A stretch of 64,000 nucleotides of DNA from an uncultured Acidimicrobiaceae bacterium (GTDB lineage Bacteria; Actinomycetota; Acidimicrobiia; Acidimicrobiales; RAAP-2), in contig CAVYCU010000002.1 of assembly GCA_963767155.1 (NCBI GenBank), positions 953,746 through 1,017,745 of the forward strand, in the 5' to 3' direction. Every line of letters begins with the position of its first letter. Position 1 is the stretch's first letter. Of the stretch, positions 19,580 through 29,566 are shown in pieces. Both the position numbers and the translations under genes were made by a program. The notes below the pieces were generated by a model, which did not search any database, was not told the DNA's origin, and saw only the letters and a program-made list of their open reading frames with translations.

Positions 19580-21100
19580 TCAGTTGCCCTCCGTCGTCAG
19601 ATCGACCCCGGCCAGGAGCTGGCCGATGAACTCCCGGTCGTTGAGGATGGGCAGCTCCGAGACGAACAGGCGCCCGTAGCGCTCGAAGTACATGAGCTGT
19701 TTGGCGAGGAGGAACGTGCCCCGGTCGAAGTCCGACATCAGGCCCCCCGATGCGTCCGCCATGCGGCGGAGGCGACGCTGGGAGCGCAGGCGGTGGAGTA
19801 TCGCCCGGAGGGACCGGCCGTGAGCTTCGATGCCCTGGGCCTGGGCCACCTGGAGCTGCACGGCCTGCATCAGGCCGGCCACGCTCACCTCACCGAAGGG
19901 TCGGGTCAGAGCCGGCTCGAAAATGCTGCGCACGAACGCCGTCAGCGCCGGGCCCGAAAGGCCCACCGCCTCTCCGATGGCCGGGCCGTACGTGCGGGTG
20001 ATGTACCCGGTCACGTCGGCCCACGCGTCCTCGTTGCCCATGGCCGCTGAAAGGAGTGACAGGAAGAACCGGTGCGTCAGAGGGTCGAGCCGGCCGACGA
20101 TCCCCCAGTCGATGACCCCGATCCGGCCGTCGCGCAACAGCATCATGTTGCCGGCGTGCACATCGCCGTGGAAGGCGCCCCACCGCACCGTCGTGAGGAA
20201 GAACGCCCGCATGACCGCCTGGACGAGCGGGGTGGGGTCGATGCCGAGCTCGGCCACCTGCACCAGGTCGTCGATAGGCACGCCGTCGAAAAACTCCATG
20301 GTGAGCACGTTGCGACCGGAGAACTCCGGATACGGCTCGGGCACGGCGATCATCTTCAGGTCGAATTCATTCTGCAATCGGCGGAAATGCACCATGGACC
20401 GGGCCTCGTTCCGCAGGTCCATCTCCTCGCCGATCTGGACCCGGAAGCCATCCAGCAGCTGCAACGTGGAGCCGGCCATCTGGTCGCCGGTCAGGCGCAC
20501 GAGTATCTCCATCAACGGTTGCATGAGGTCGAGATCCGTGGCCACCACGTGTTCGATATTCGGGCGCAACACCTTGACGGCGACCAGAGTTCCGTCGTGA
20601 AGGCGGGCCCGGTGCACCACGGCAATTGACGCCGTGCCGATGGGATGACGCTCGAACTCGGCGAAGACCACTTCCAGCGGGCGACCCAGATCCTCCTCGA
20701 CCCTCTGGCGCACCTCGGGAAAGGGGACCTCCCGACCGGTGTCCAGGCAGGCCCGGAATTCCTCGGCCACGTCGTCGCCGAACATGCCGGGGGACGAGGC
20801 GATGATCTGCCCGAATTTCATGAAGGTCCCGCCCAGGTCCTCGAAGCTCTTTCGCAAGGGCCGGGCCCACTGGATCCCCGGCAGCGCACCCTGGCGAATC
20901 GTCCGCACCTGCCGCACGGCAACCGGGGCGAAGCGCCGCGCCACCACCCTCGAGATCGTGGAGCTGCGCCGGGCCAGGGCGAGGGGGCTGGGCTCGGGCA
21001 AGGGCCGCGGGTAGATCTCAGGCGCATCTTGGGTGAGCGACGGCGCGGGCGGACCGGCGTCCGTTCCTTCCGCGGCGTCTCCGACAGCGCCCGATCTCAC
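19580..21100 (-). CDS. ABC1/UbiB atypical kinase family protein
   Basis: ABC1 domain motifs are FMKFGQIIASSPGMFG, ASIAVVHRA, VAVKVLRP, FHGDVHAGN and IDWGIVG. The first ~110 codons of the 616-aa ORF are Arg/Pro-rich and overlap the divergent gene. The GTG at 21100 is only a guess. Confidence 0.75.
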   Translation of the reverse strand: MRSGAVGDAAEGTDAGPPAPSLTQDAPEIYPRPLPEPSPLALARRSSTISRVVARRFAPVAVRQVRTIRQGALPGIQWARPLRKSFEDLGGTFMKFGQIIASSPGMFGDDVAEEFRACLDTGREVPFPEVRQRVEEDLGRPLEVVFAEFERHPIGTASIAVVHRARLHDGTLVAVKVLRPNIEHVVATDLDLMQPLMEILVRLTGDQMAGSTLQLLDGFRVQIGEEMDLRNEARSMVHFRRLQNEFDLKMIAVPEPYPEFSGRNVLTMEFFDGVPIDDLVQVAELGIDPTPLVQAVMRAFFLTTVRWGAFHGDVHAGNMMLLRDGRIGVIDWGIVGRLDPLTHRFFLSLLSAAMGNEDAWADVTGYITRTYGPAIGEAVGLSGPALTAFVRSIFEPALTRPFGEVSVAGLMQAVQLQVAQAQGIEAHGRSLRAILHRLRSQRRLRRMADASGGLMSDFDRGTFLLAKQLMYFERYGRLFVSELPILNDREFIGQLLAGVDLTTEGN

Positions 21101-21225
21101 CAGCTCAGGGTAGTGCCACCTCCCGGCCCGCCTGCCCGGCGACGCCCGGATGGCCACCGGAGGGTCCACCGGAGCCGTCGCCGAGGCCGCTGGTAGGGTG
21201 CGCTGGCACTGCGAGGGGAGGGGCC

Positions 21226-22242
21226 ATGGGCACATCGGGTTCGACCACGGATGACCTCCGTCCCCTACGGGTCGGCATCGTCGGCGCCGGCTTCGGGTCG
21301 CGGGTGGTGGCGCCCGTCTTCGGGCAGATCGGGTGTGAGGTCGTCGACGTGGTCTCCGCCCGGGACGCCGCTGCCGTACGTGCCCTGTGCGGAACCGAGC
21401 TCGATCTGGTCGCCGTGCACTCGCCGCCATTCCTCCACGCCGACCACGTGCGGCTCGCCATGGCAGCCGGGCATGCGGTGCTCTGCGACAAGCCGTTCGG
21501 CCTTTCCTCCGAAGAGAGCGCGGCGCTCAGCGCCGAAGCCGAAGAGGCCGGGGTCATCAACCTCCTGAATTTCGAGTTCCGCCATCAGCCCGCCCGGCTG
21601 AAGATGCGCGAGCTCATCACGGCGGGCGAGCTCGGTCGTCTCGAGCACGTGCATTTCTCCGCGTTCTCCTCGGGCTCGAGGAAGCCGCTGCGCCAGTACG
21701 GCTGGCTCTTCGATCGTGCTCGGGGCGGCGGGTGGATCGGCGCCTACGGGACCCACATCATCGACATGATGCGGTGGCTCGTGGGTGAGGTGACTAAAGG
21801 GGGAGCCCGTACCTGGGTGACGATCCCCGAACGTCCTGACGCGGAGGGAACCATGCAGCCGTGCGACGCCGAAGACGCCTTCAGTGCGTGGGCGGAGTTC
21901 GCGTCAGGTGCGACGGCCTCCATCGACACCTCCTTCACTGCACCGCTTTCGCTCCCATCCCGTATCACGGTGACGGGATCCGAGGGGGCCATCGAAAACA
22001 CGGCCGACGTCCGGGTCGTGCTCCAGCAGGTGGACGGGACCCGCGCGCAGTTCGATTTCGAGCCCCCGTCGGGTGACCCCCACGCAACGGCCATGACCGG
22101 GTGGGCGCGCGAGATCTGGCGGGCGGTGCGCGAAGGACGACAGGTGACCCCCTCGTTCGACGACGGGCTGGCCTGCTCCCGCGTCATGGACCTTTTTCGA
22201 TCCGGGGAACCGGTGGTCGCGCCGGCGGCAGGTCGAGGGTGA
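21226..22242 (+). CDS. Gfo/Idh/MocA family oxidoreductase
   Basis: 338-aa ORF with an N-terminal Rossmann motif (LRVGIVGAGFGSRV), the typical EKP-like segment (LCDKPF) and a C-terminal alpha/beta domain. Confidence 0.85.
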   Translation: MGTSGSTTDDLRPLRVGIVGAGFGSRVVAPVFGQIGCEVVDVVSARDAAAVRALCGTELDLVAVHSPPFLHADHVRLAMAAGHAVLCDKPFGLSSEESAALSAEAEEAGVINLLNFEFRHQPARLKMRELITAGELGRLEHVHFSAFSSGSRKPLRQYGWLFDRARGGGWIGAYGTHIIDMMRWLVGEVTKGGARTWVTIPERPDAEGTMQPCDAEDAFSAWAEFASGATASIDTSFTAPLSLPSRITVTGSEGAIENTADVRVVLQQVDGTRAQFDFEPPSGDPHATAMTGWAREIWRAVREGRQVTPSFDDGLACSRVMDLFRSGEPVVAPAAGRG

Positions 22243-23039
22243 CGACCCTGGAGCTCTGCTGCATGACCGTGCGGCAGGCGACGTTGCCCGAACTCATCGC
22301 CCTGGCGGCCCACGAGGGATTCGCGTCGCTCACGACCACGCCGTTCCTGCTGGAGCGTTCAGGCGTGGAACTGGCTGAGCTCCGGCGACAGTGTGAGGAT
22401 GCCGGCGTCGCCATGGGGTACATCGACGGACTCTCCAGCCCACTCCCCGGGACGCCGGGCGGCGTCACCGAAGAACGCTGCTTCGAGATGGCCGAGGGCC
22501 TGGGGGCGCAGGCGGTGAACGTGGTCCACTTCGAGGGGCACCCGGTGCCCTTCGACGAGATGGCCGACGTGCTCGGCGGGGTGGCGGAGCGGGCGGCGCG
22601 CCGGGGACTCACCGTCCTGATCGAGTTCCTGCCCGACACCGGGATTCCCCACCTCCCCGGGGCGCTCGACCTCGTCCGCGCGGTCGGCCGGGACAATCTC
22701 CGCGTGATGCTCGACACCTGGCACCTCGCCCGCACCGGAGGTGGACCGCAGCAATTAGTGGACGACGCCCCGGCACTGATCGGCGGGATCCAGGTCAGTG
22801 ACCGGCACAAGATGCAGGACACACAGCCCTACGTGAAAATGTCCGGGCGCTCCCTGCCCGGCGAGGGCGAACTTCCCTTGATGGACATCCTCGCGCCGGT
22901 CCTGGCGGTCCATCCCGAGCTTCCTGTCGGCGTCGAGGTCCTGAACGACGAGCTGAAGGCCATGCCGGCTGGAGAAGCTGCCGCGGTCGCCGGCGCCGCA
23001 CTGCGCCGCGTGCTCGACGAGAGTCACGCCGCGCGCTGA
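22239..23039 (+). CDS. sugar phosphate isomerase/epimerase (xylose isomerase-like TIM barrel)
   Basis: The GTG at 22239 overlaps the upstream stop (GTGA). The TIM-barrel pattern includes LIEFLP and MLDTWH. An alternative ATG lies at 22263. Confidence 0.75.
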   Translation: MTTLELCCMTVRQATLPELIALAAHEGFASLTTTPFLLERSGVELAELRRQCEDAGVAMGYIDGLSSPLPGTPGGVTEERCFEMAEGLGAQAVNVVHFEGHPVPFDEMADVLGGVAERAARRGLTVLIEFLPDTGIPHLPGALDLVRAVGRDNLRVMLDTWHLARTGGGPQQLVDDAPALIGGIQVSDRHKMQDTQPYVKMSGRSLPGEGELPLMDILAPVLAVHPELPVGVEVLNDELKAMPAGEAAAVAGAALRRVLDESHAAR

Positions 23040-23052
23040 TCGCCCTCGGACT

Positions 23053-23436
23053 CTACGTGAACAACCCCTGGAGCGAGGCCAACGCGCCCTTGTAACTCTC
23101 ACCCATGAAGGCGGCCATCGCCGCCGGCTCCACGTCGTAGGCCCAGGTCACCTTGGATCCGCTCCCGGCTGGTTCCACCGTGATGGTGGCTTCGTGCCGT
23201 TCCACGGGCACTCCGTCGACGATGGCATAGGTGAGCGTGCGGGTGGCCTCGTCCCGGGCGAGCAGCCGTTCACGGATCTCCGTGTCGCCGCCCATGCCGA
23301 TGATCCGCTCGTCGCCTTCGAGGCGGAAGGACTGGATCCCCGGGAAGATCTCCTCGAGTGCCCCGAAATCGCCGATCTTGGCCCACACCGCGTCCGGTGC
23401 GGCGTCTATCGTCACGTCAACAGCGCCTTCTGCCAT
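23053..23436 (-). CDS. SRPBCC (START/polyketide cyclase-like) family protein
   Basis: 127 aa from ATG at comp(23434..23436). MAEGAVDVTIDAAPDAVWAKIGDFGALEEIFPG.. is typical of this fold. Confidence 0.7.
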   Translation of the reverse strand: MAEGAVDVTIDAAPDAVWAKIGDFGALEEIFPGIQSFRLEGDERIIGMGGDTEIRERLLARDEATRTLTYAIVDGVPVERHEATITVEPAGSGSKVTWAYDVEPAAMAAFMGESYKGALASLQGLFT

Positions 23437-23539
23437 GTCGGCCTCCTCCGTCAGGTCGGGTGGACTCTCCCGAGCCGACGGTACGCTACCCCCGACCAAC
23501 GACGACCACCCGGCATTGCCCTACAGGAGACCTCGACCC

Positions 23540-24463
23540 ATGGACACCCGCACAATCGGCTCACTCACCGTCAGCGCGGTGGGGCTCGGCTGCAACAACT
23601 TCGGCATGCGTATCGGGAGCGAGGAGACCGACGCCGTCGTCGGAGCCGCGCTCGACGCCGGCATCAATTTCTTCGACACTGCGGATATCTACGGCGGGAC
23701 GAAGAGCGAGGAGTATCTCGGCGTCGCGCTGGGCGCGAAGCGCGAGGACATCATTCTGGCGACCAAGTTCGGCGTGCCCTACGAAGGCCATCCCGGGGGC
23801 GCAGCACCGGCCTCCATCCGCGCCGCGCTCGACGCCAGCCTGCGCCGCTTGGGCACCGATTACGTCGACCTCTATCAACAGCACACTCCGGACCCCAAGA
23901 CACCGATCGCCGACACCCTCGGCACACTGGCCGAGCTCGTTGCGGAGGGCAAGGTACGCGAATTCGGGTGCTCCAACTTCAACGGGAGCATGCTGGAGGA
24001 AGCCCGGACGGCTGTCGTCGACGGCGCACCCGGTTTCGTCAGCGTGCAGAACCACTACAACATCCTCTTCCGCGAGTCCGAGGACGAAGTCCTTGGATTC
24101 TGCGACCGCACCGGCACGGCCTTCCTGCCTTTCTTTCCCTTGGCCAGCGGCGTCCTGAGCGGCAAGTACACGGCGGGCCAGAAGGCGCCGCAGGGCACGC
24201 GCATGGCATCCTGGGGCGACCGGGCCAAGGACGAGCTCAGCGACGACCGGCTGGCAAAGGTGGCCGCCCTCGACGCACTGGCGCAGGGAGAGGGCCACAC
24301 CGTCCTGGACCTGGCGTTCGCGTGGTTGCTCTCCCGTCCTGCCGTTGCGTCCGTCATCGCCGGCGCGACCAAGCCGGCGCAAGTCGCCGCCAACGTGGCG
24401 GCAGGCCAATGGGAGCCCTCCGCCGCACTCCTGGCCGAAGTGGACGTCATCGCTCCCCGCTGA
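23540..24463 (+). CDS. aldo/keto reductase
   Basis: ATG at 23540 preceded by AGGAGA. Motifs are GLGCNNFG, DTADIYGG and the C-terminal VIAGATKPAQV. Confidence 0.9.
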   Translation: MDTRTIGSLTVSAVGLGCNNFGMRIGSEETDAVVGAALDAGINFFDTADIYGGTKSEEYLGVALGAKREDIILATKFGVPYEGHPGGAAPASIRAALDASLRRLGTDYVDLYQQHTPDPKTPIADTLGTLAELVAEGKVREFGCSNFNGSMLEEARTAVVDGAPGFVSVQNHYNILFRESEDEVLGFCDRTGTAFLPFFPLASGVLSGKYTAGQKAPQGTRMASWGDRAKDELSDDRLAKVAALDALAQGEGHTVLDLAFAWLLSRPAVASVIAGATKPAQVAANVAAGQWEPSAALLAEVDVIAPR

Positions 24464-24468
24464 GTCGG

Positions 24469-25413
24469 TCAGGTCGAGGTCTGCATGACGGCCGCCTCCA
24501 CAATCTGGATGTCGGGAGGCTGAATAGCCGTCGGGCCGCCGGCGACCGGCACCTGCCAGACCATGGTCATGTACGGCGTCGGTGCCTGAACCGTGCCCGG
24601 ACCGCACGGCGGCGTTCCCGTGATGTCCAGTGTCGTCGCCGAACCCGAGACGGGCCCGCAGACCGCCGTGCGTTGATGCCACTGCACGAGCGCCCCGAAG
24701 GGCATCGGCGGCTTCTTCACGGTGGATGGCAACACGTAGAAAGCCGCCGCCAACACCTCTTGACCTGACGGTATGCGGGCGTAGATGAGGCCATCGATGT
24801 GCGAGGGGCTCAGTGTCCGCTTCGCAGCCGCATTGGCCGCCAAAATGGTCGGGTTCGTGTAATACACCACGGGGTAGTCGGTCGGCGACACCGGCTCGTA
24901 GCCAGCGGCCACGGCGGCCGAGACGTCGCCGTACTGGGCGACGGCCTGGCTGGTGGCCTGGACGTACTGGGTTGCGTTGATCTGCTGCGAAAAGGTCGGT
25001 TCGGCCGCGCAGCCCGGTCACCGCCATGTGGATGTCGGTCGGTCCGTTCTTTCCCTGCGCCAGGAGCTCGTTCGCCAGCGCGGTGGGCAGCGCGGGCCCC
25101 GTGTAATTCCAGTTCGCCTTGGTCGTGTTCAGACCGGCCGCCGCGGAGGCGTCGGCACCGTTCATGTTCATGCCCTGGGTGCCGCTCATGATCATGTACG
25201 GCGTGTTGTTCAGGTCCAAACCGGCCCGTGGCGGTGCCGGAGTTGCCCGCGGTGCACGAGGCCGTGCTGGACGAGGGATCGCTCGAACCCGAACCGCTGC
25301 ATGCCGGCCATGCCGGCCATGGCCATGTCCGACGTCTCCTGCGCCGGTGCCGGATAGGCGGCGCTGAGCACGAGCGCGAGGACCACCAACGCCCCCGCCG
25401 TCAGGGCCACCAC
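24469..25413 (-). pseudogene. secreted Met-rich protein of unknown function, at least 2 frameshifts
   Basis: A signal peptide plus Met-rich start is in one frame (MVALTAGALVVLALVLSAAYPAPAQETSDMAMAGMAGMQ). The middle is in a second frame (LDLNNTPYMIMSGTQGMNMNGADASAAAGLNTTKANWNYTGPALPTALANELLAQGKNGPTDIHMAVTG). The C-terminal 147 aa are ORF 24469..24912. Confidence 0.5.
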
Positions 25414-26463
25414 GGGATTTCACCGCACGAACGACTCCCCGGGGGTCGGCGACCAGCTGCGGGGAGCTGCCTCGTGGGCATCATGGCCAGTGCGAGGAGA
25501 ACGATCAGCGGTCCCGTGTTCGGGTCCGTTCCCGACCCCGTCAGGATGCCACCGAGGAAACCCTGCCCGGTGATCCAGAAGAGCGCGGAGAGGAGGATCC
25601 CGCCCGCCAGGAACACGCCGGGGCGCCGTGCCACCAATGGACCGATGCCGATGACGAGGGACAGGACGGCGAGCACCCAGGCGGTCTGCGGTTCCCGTCG
25701 AGGCGAAGTGGTTGCCGGTGCTGACGAGAAAATGGGAATACCAGTGCGGATTGCCGGGCGCCATGCCCGTGATCGCGCTCGAAATCGACGTCGCGTCCGG
25801 TTCGTCGGGGAGAATGAACAGGACGGCGGAGAGAACCCAGAATCCCGTCCACACCACGAGCGGCGTGATCGCCCCGCCGAGGCCCTGCGCCGCCGCCGAC
25901 GATGCGATGCCTTCCGGCGCGTCGCTTCCCGGTCCGTCACCCGTTGCCTCTCGTCGTTCTGTCCGGCGCGGCCATGCCATCAACCCGATGAGCGCGTAGA
26001 GCAGGACCGAGCCCGGCGCACCGGTGAGTGCCGTCGCCGAACCGGTGAGAAGCATGCCCAACCCCTCGCCGAACACCCAGACACCGAGGACGTAGGGAAA
26101 CGAAAGGGCCAAGGCGGGGCGGACCGTGCGCCGGAAGAGCAGGCCCACGCCAATCGCCAACTGGGTGAGCGCGAACAGGGAATTCCACACGGCCGGATGC
26201 GGGGCGAGGAAGTTGCCGACATTGGTGATGGCCCAGTGGATGACGGCGGGTTGGCCGGACGCGTTGGCCAGGACGAACGTCGGCACGAAGTTCTTGGAGA
26301 ACATGAACGGCTGGAACTGCAGGGCTGCATCGAGGATCCAGAAGAGGCCGAGCGCGACCTGGAGAACGCGCTGGGAGCGCACGAGAGGACGGCGTGGTCT
26401 CTCCGCGTGGCGCCGGGGCGCTGCGTCGTCAGTTAGCTCATCGACCTCGACCGCTTCTTCCAT
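25401..26463 (-). pseudogene. polytopic membrane protein of unknown function, one frameshift
   Basis: ORF 25420..26463 carries the TM-rich N-part (LGLFWILDAALQF.., LTQLAIGVGLLF..). From about 25690 the TM-like sequence continues in ORF 25401..25940 (AWVLAVLSLVIGIGPLVARRPGVFLAGGILLSALFWITGQGFLGG..). Confidence 0.5.
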
Positions 26464-26529
26464 AGCTGCACTTCACCGTACTTGTCGGCCTCGGGCATGT
26501 TTCGTCAGGTCTCGACACGCACCGGCCGT

Positions 26530-27951
26530 TCAGGCGTCGGCGACCGCTGCCACCAGCTTCTGCAGGGTGTCCTTGGCATCACCGAACAACATCGTCGTCT
26601 TGGCGTTGTAGAGCAGCTCGTTGTCGATACCGGCAAAGCCCGGACGCATCGAGCGCTTGAGAAAGATGATGTTCTCGGCCTCGTCGGCCTTGATGATGGG
26701 CATGCCGTAAATGGGGCTGCCCGGCGTGGTCAGCGCGGCCGGATTGACGGTGTCGTTGGCCCCGACGACAAGGGCGACGTTCGTCGTGGGCATTTCGGCG
26801 TTGGCCTCGTCCATCTCCTCGAGCTCGTCGTAGGGGACGTTGGCCTCGGCCAGAAGGACGTTCATATGCCCGGGCATGCGGCCGGCCACCGGGTGGATGG
26901 CATAGGAGACCTCGACCCCCTTGGCCGCCAGTGCATCGGCCAGTTCGCGCACGGTGTGCTGCGCCTGGGCCACGGCGAGGCCGTAGCCGGGGATGATCAC
27001 CACCTTGCGGGCGTAGGCCAGCAGGACGCCCACGTCCTCGGCCGTGCCCGTGCGCACCGAACGCGAGGCATCACCCTCCTCGCCCCCGGTCGCGGTGATG
27101 ACGGCGCCGAACGCACTGAAGAGGATGTTCGGTAGGGAACGCCCCATGGCCGAGCTCATCAGGCGGGTGAGAATGATCCCCGAGGCGCCGACCAACGTTC
27201 CCGCCACGATGAGGAGGTTGTTGTCCAGCACGAACCCCGACGCCGCGACCGCCAGTCCGGTGAACGAGTTCAGCAGCGAGATGAGAACCGGGACGTCGGC
27301 CCCTCCGATGGGCAGCACGAAGATGAGGCCCAACACGAGGGAGAGGCCGAGGATGACGAAGACGAACGCGATGTTGCCGGTCACGAGGGCCAGAATGATC
27401 AACACACCAATGGCGAAGCCGACCAGTGCATTGATGAATTGTTGCCCCGGATAGGTGATCGGCCGCCCGGTGATCAGCTCCTGCAGCTTGACGAACGCTA
27501 TGGCGCTGCCCGAGAACGAGACCGAACCGATGATCACTCCGAGGAGCACCTCCGCGGTCACATAGACCGCTGGCTTGAGACCGAGCGAATGGAGGTGCAG
27601 GAGCTCGATGATCGAGATCAGCGCCGCCGCGCCGCCGCCGACGCCGTTGAAAATGGCCACGAGCTGTGGCATGGCCGTCATCTTCACCAGGCGGGCTACC
27701 GGCACCGCGACGACCGCGCCCAGCACCATGGCGATGAGGGCGAGCACGAGGTTCTTGCCCGAATGGCGCAGTGTTGGAAGCGTGAACGTTATGGCGACCG
27801 CCGCCGCCGCCGCCGCCGCACCCAGTTGATTTCCCCGCCGGGCGTACTTCGGCGAGCCCAGTCCCTTGAGGGCCAGGATGAACCCGATAATGGCCAGGAG
27901 ATACACGAGATCCCGGACCGTGGACAGCGGCAAGGAGACCGCCGTCGTCAC
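26530..27951 (-). CDS. pntB: NAD(P) transhydrogenase subunit beta
   Basis: 473-aa ORF with an N-terminal TM domain and a C-terminal NADP(H)-binding domain III (PGYGLAVAQAQH, HPVAGRMPGHMNVLLAEA, VVGANDTVNP). It has a 4-nt overlap with pntAB. Confidence 0.9.
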   Translation of the reverse strand: MTTAVSLPLSTVRDLVYLLAIIGFILALKGLGSPKYARRGNQLGAAAAAAAVAITFTLPTLRHSGKNLVLALIAMVLGAVVAVPVARLVKMTAMPQLVAIFNGVGGGAAALISIIELLHLHSLGLKPAVYVTAEVLLGVIIGSVSFSGSAIAFVKLQELITGRPITYPGQQFINALVGFAIGVLIILALVTGNIAFVFVILGLSLVLGLIFVLPIGGADVPVLISLLNSFTGLAVAASGFVLDNNLLIVAGTLVGASGIILTRLMSSAMGRSLPNILFSAFGAVITATGGEEGDASRSVRTGTAEDVGVLLAYARKVVIIPGYGLAVAQAQHTVRELADALAAKGVEVSYAIHPVAGRMPGHMNVLLAEANVPYDELEEMDEANAEMPTTNVALVVGANDTVNPAALTTPGSPIYGMPIIKADEAENIIFLKRSMRPGFAGIDNELLYNAKTTMLFGDAKDTLQKLVAAVADA

Positions 27952-28322
27952 GCCTGCTCTCCGGGGTCCGTGGCTTCGCTCTTCTGGGACGCCGCGCGCT
28001 CGTTTGGTTTGACCTTGAACATCTCGAGCATGCGGTCGGTCACGACGAACCCGCCGACCACGTTCAGGGTGGCCAGGAAGATGGCCAGGAAACCGAGGAC
28101 GAGTTGGGCGGTGCCGTGGGCCTCGCCCATGATCGTCAACGCCCCGACGAGGACGATCCCGTGGATGGCGTTCGAACCCGACATCAACGGGGTGTGCAGG
28201 ATGCTCGGAACCTTCGAGACGACCTCAATACCGACGAATGCAGCCAGCACGAACACGGTCAGGTACTCGACGATCCCCGTCCCGCTCGACACCTGCGCTA
28301 TGACTGTCGCCGCGCCGATCAC
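27948..28322 (-). CDS. pntAB: NAD(P) transhydrogenase subunit alpha part 2 (membrane)
   Basis: 124-aa hydrophobic ORF (LHTPLMSGSNAIHGIVLVGA) with 4-nt overlaps on both sides. Confidence 0.85.
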   Translation of the reverse strand: MIGAATVIAQVSSGTGIVEYLTVFVLAAFVGIEVVSKVPSILHTPLMSGSNAIHGIVLVGALTIMGEAHGTAQLVLGFLAIFLATLNVVGGFVVTDRMLEMFKVKPNERAASQKSEATDPGEQA

Positions 28323-29464
28323 TGTGCGGTCCCCTCTCCGGAATCCCCGAGGATGTCAATTGCCCCGGGCGAGATGGCTTTGCCCTTGCGCAGCACACAC
28401 ATGCCGCGCACGATCTCGTCGTCCCAATCGGGGGCCAGCTCGCCGTCGGGGCCCATGAGCCCGAGCACGTTGGCGACGTTGCGGGCGTAGAGGAAGCTGG
28501 CGTGGGTCGGCATGCCCGAGGCCGGGTTCGCCATGCCCACGATGTGCACGCCGCGATGCTCCACGACCACGCCGGACTCGGTCAGGGCACAGTTGCCGCC
28601 CGAGTCCGCGGCCATGTCCACCACCACGGCGCCCGCCGCCATGCCGTCGACCATTTCCTCGGTCACAAGAATGGGAGCGACGCGACCCGGGACCGCAGCA
28701 GTGGTGATGACAACGTCGGATGCGCCCACTTCGCTGGCCAGGGCGGCACGCTGGCGCACCAGCTCCTCTTCGCTCAACTCCCTGGCGTAGCCGCCGGCCC
28801 CCTCGGCCGAGACGCCCAGGTCGAGAAAGGTTGCTCCGAGACTTTCTGCTTCTTCTTTGGCCGCGGTGCGCACGTCGTACGCCTTGACCACCGCACCGAG
28901 CCTGCGGGCCGTGGCGATCGCCTGCAGGCCGGCGACCCCGACGCCCATCACCAACACCTTGGCCGGCGGCACGGTTCCCGCCGCCGTCATGAACATGGGA
29001 AAGAACTTCGCGAGATGTTCAGCGGCCGTCAGACCCGCCCGATAGCCCGAAACCGTGGACTGTGAGCTGAGGGCGTCCATACCCTGGGCGCGGCTGATGC
29101 GCGGGAGCAGATCGAAGCTGAACACCGTGACCCCGCGGCCGGAGAGGACCCGCAGCGCATCGGCGGAGGCGGCGGGCTGAAAAAAGCTCAGCAGGACCGC
29201 ATCCTCGGACATGAGGGCAGCGCCCGCCGCATCGGGGGCGTTGACACTGACGACCAACCCGGCGCCTGCCAGGGTCGCGGGTCCATCAGGAGCAACCGCG
29301 GCACCCGCGCCGGCATAGGCCTCGTCGGAAAACGCGGCTGCGGCCCCGGCGCCGGACTGCACGGCGACTTCCCAGCCGGCGGTGACGAGCTTCTTGACGA
29401 CGTCGGGGACGAGGGCGACCCGGCGTTCTCCTGCTCGTGTCTCTGTGGGGACGGCCAATTTCAC
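28319..29464 (-). CDS. pntAA: NAD(P) transhydrogenase subunit alpha part 1 (alanine dehydrogenase-like)
   Basis: 381-aa ORF with a Rossmann motif (VLVMGVGVAGLQAIATARRLGA) and typical dI domain organisation. Confidence 0.9.
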   Translation of the reverse strand: MKLAVPTETRAGERRVALVPDVVKKLVTAGWEVAVQSGAGAAAAFSDEAYAGAGAAVAPDGPATLAGAGLVVSVNAPDAAGAALMSEDAVLLSFFQPAASADALRVLSGRGVTVFSFDLLPRISRAQGMDALSSQSTVSGYRAGLTAAEHLAKFFPMFMTAAGTVPPAKVLVMGVGVAGLQAIATARRLGAVVKAYDVRTAAKEEAESLGATFLDLGVSAEGAGGYARELSEEELVRQRAALASEVGASDVVITTAAVPGRVAPILVTEEMVDGMAAGAVVVDMAADSGGNCALTESGVVVEHRGVHIVGMANPASGMPTHASFLYARNVANVLGLMGPDGELAPDWDDEIVRGMCVLRKGKAISPGAIDILGDSGEGTAQ

Positions 29465-29531
29465 GGTGGTTGTGTTTAGCAGCTGCGAGCTGGGATCCCT
29501 GAATCCGATCCCGAATACCTACCGGTAGGCA

Positions 29532-29555
29532 GGGCCTGACACGTGCGTCAGGCCC
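29532..29555 (-). terminator. perfect 9-bp GC hairpin just downstream of the HTH gene
   Basis: gggcctgac-acgtgc-gtcaggccc lies 12 nt beyond the stop at 29567. No U-tract is present. A 12-bp palindrome cctaccggtagg follows at 29518-29529. Confidence 0.35.
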
Positions 29556-29566
29556 GGGCCTGGCCT

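Noticed and set aside
19580-21430. Long Arg/Pro-rich N-terminal extensions of several ORF calls (also 6685..7938, 7685..8539, 47531..48919) as real protein sequence
   Set aside because: The extensions overlap neighbouring genes, lack any motif and precede internal start codons with Shine-Dalgarno-like sequences. I trimmed these starts.
23561-25423. 620-aa minus-strand ORF, the longest call in this region
   Set aside because: Most of it is antisense to the well-supported aldo/keto reductase (23540-24463) and is Arg/Gly/Pro-rich. Only a short internal stretch (LDLNNTPYMIMSG..HMAVTG) is real coding sequence, and it belongs to the frame-broken secreted protein at 24469-25413.
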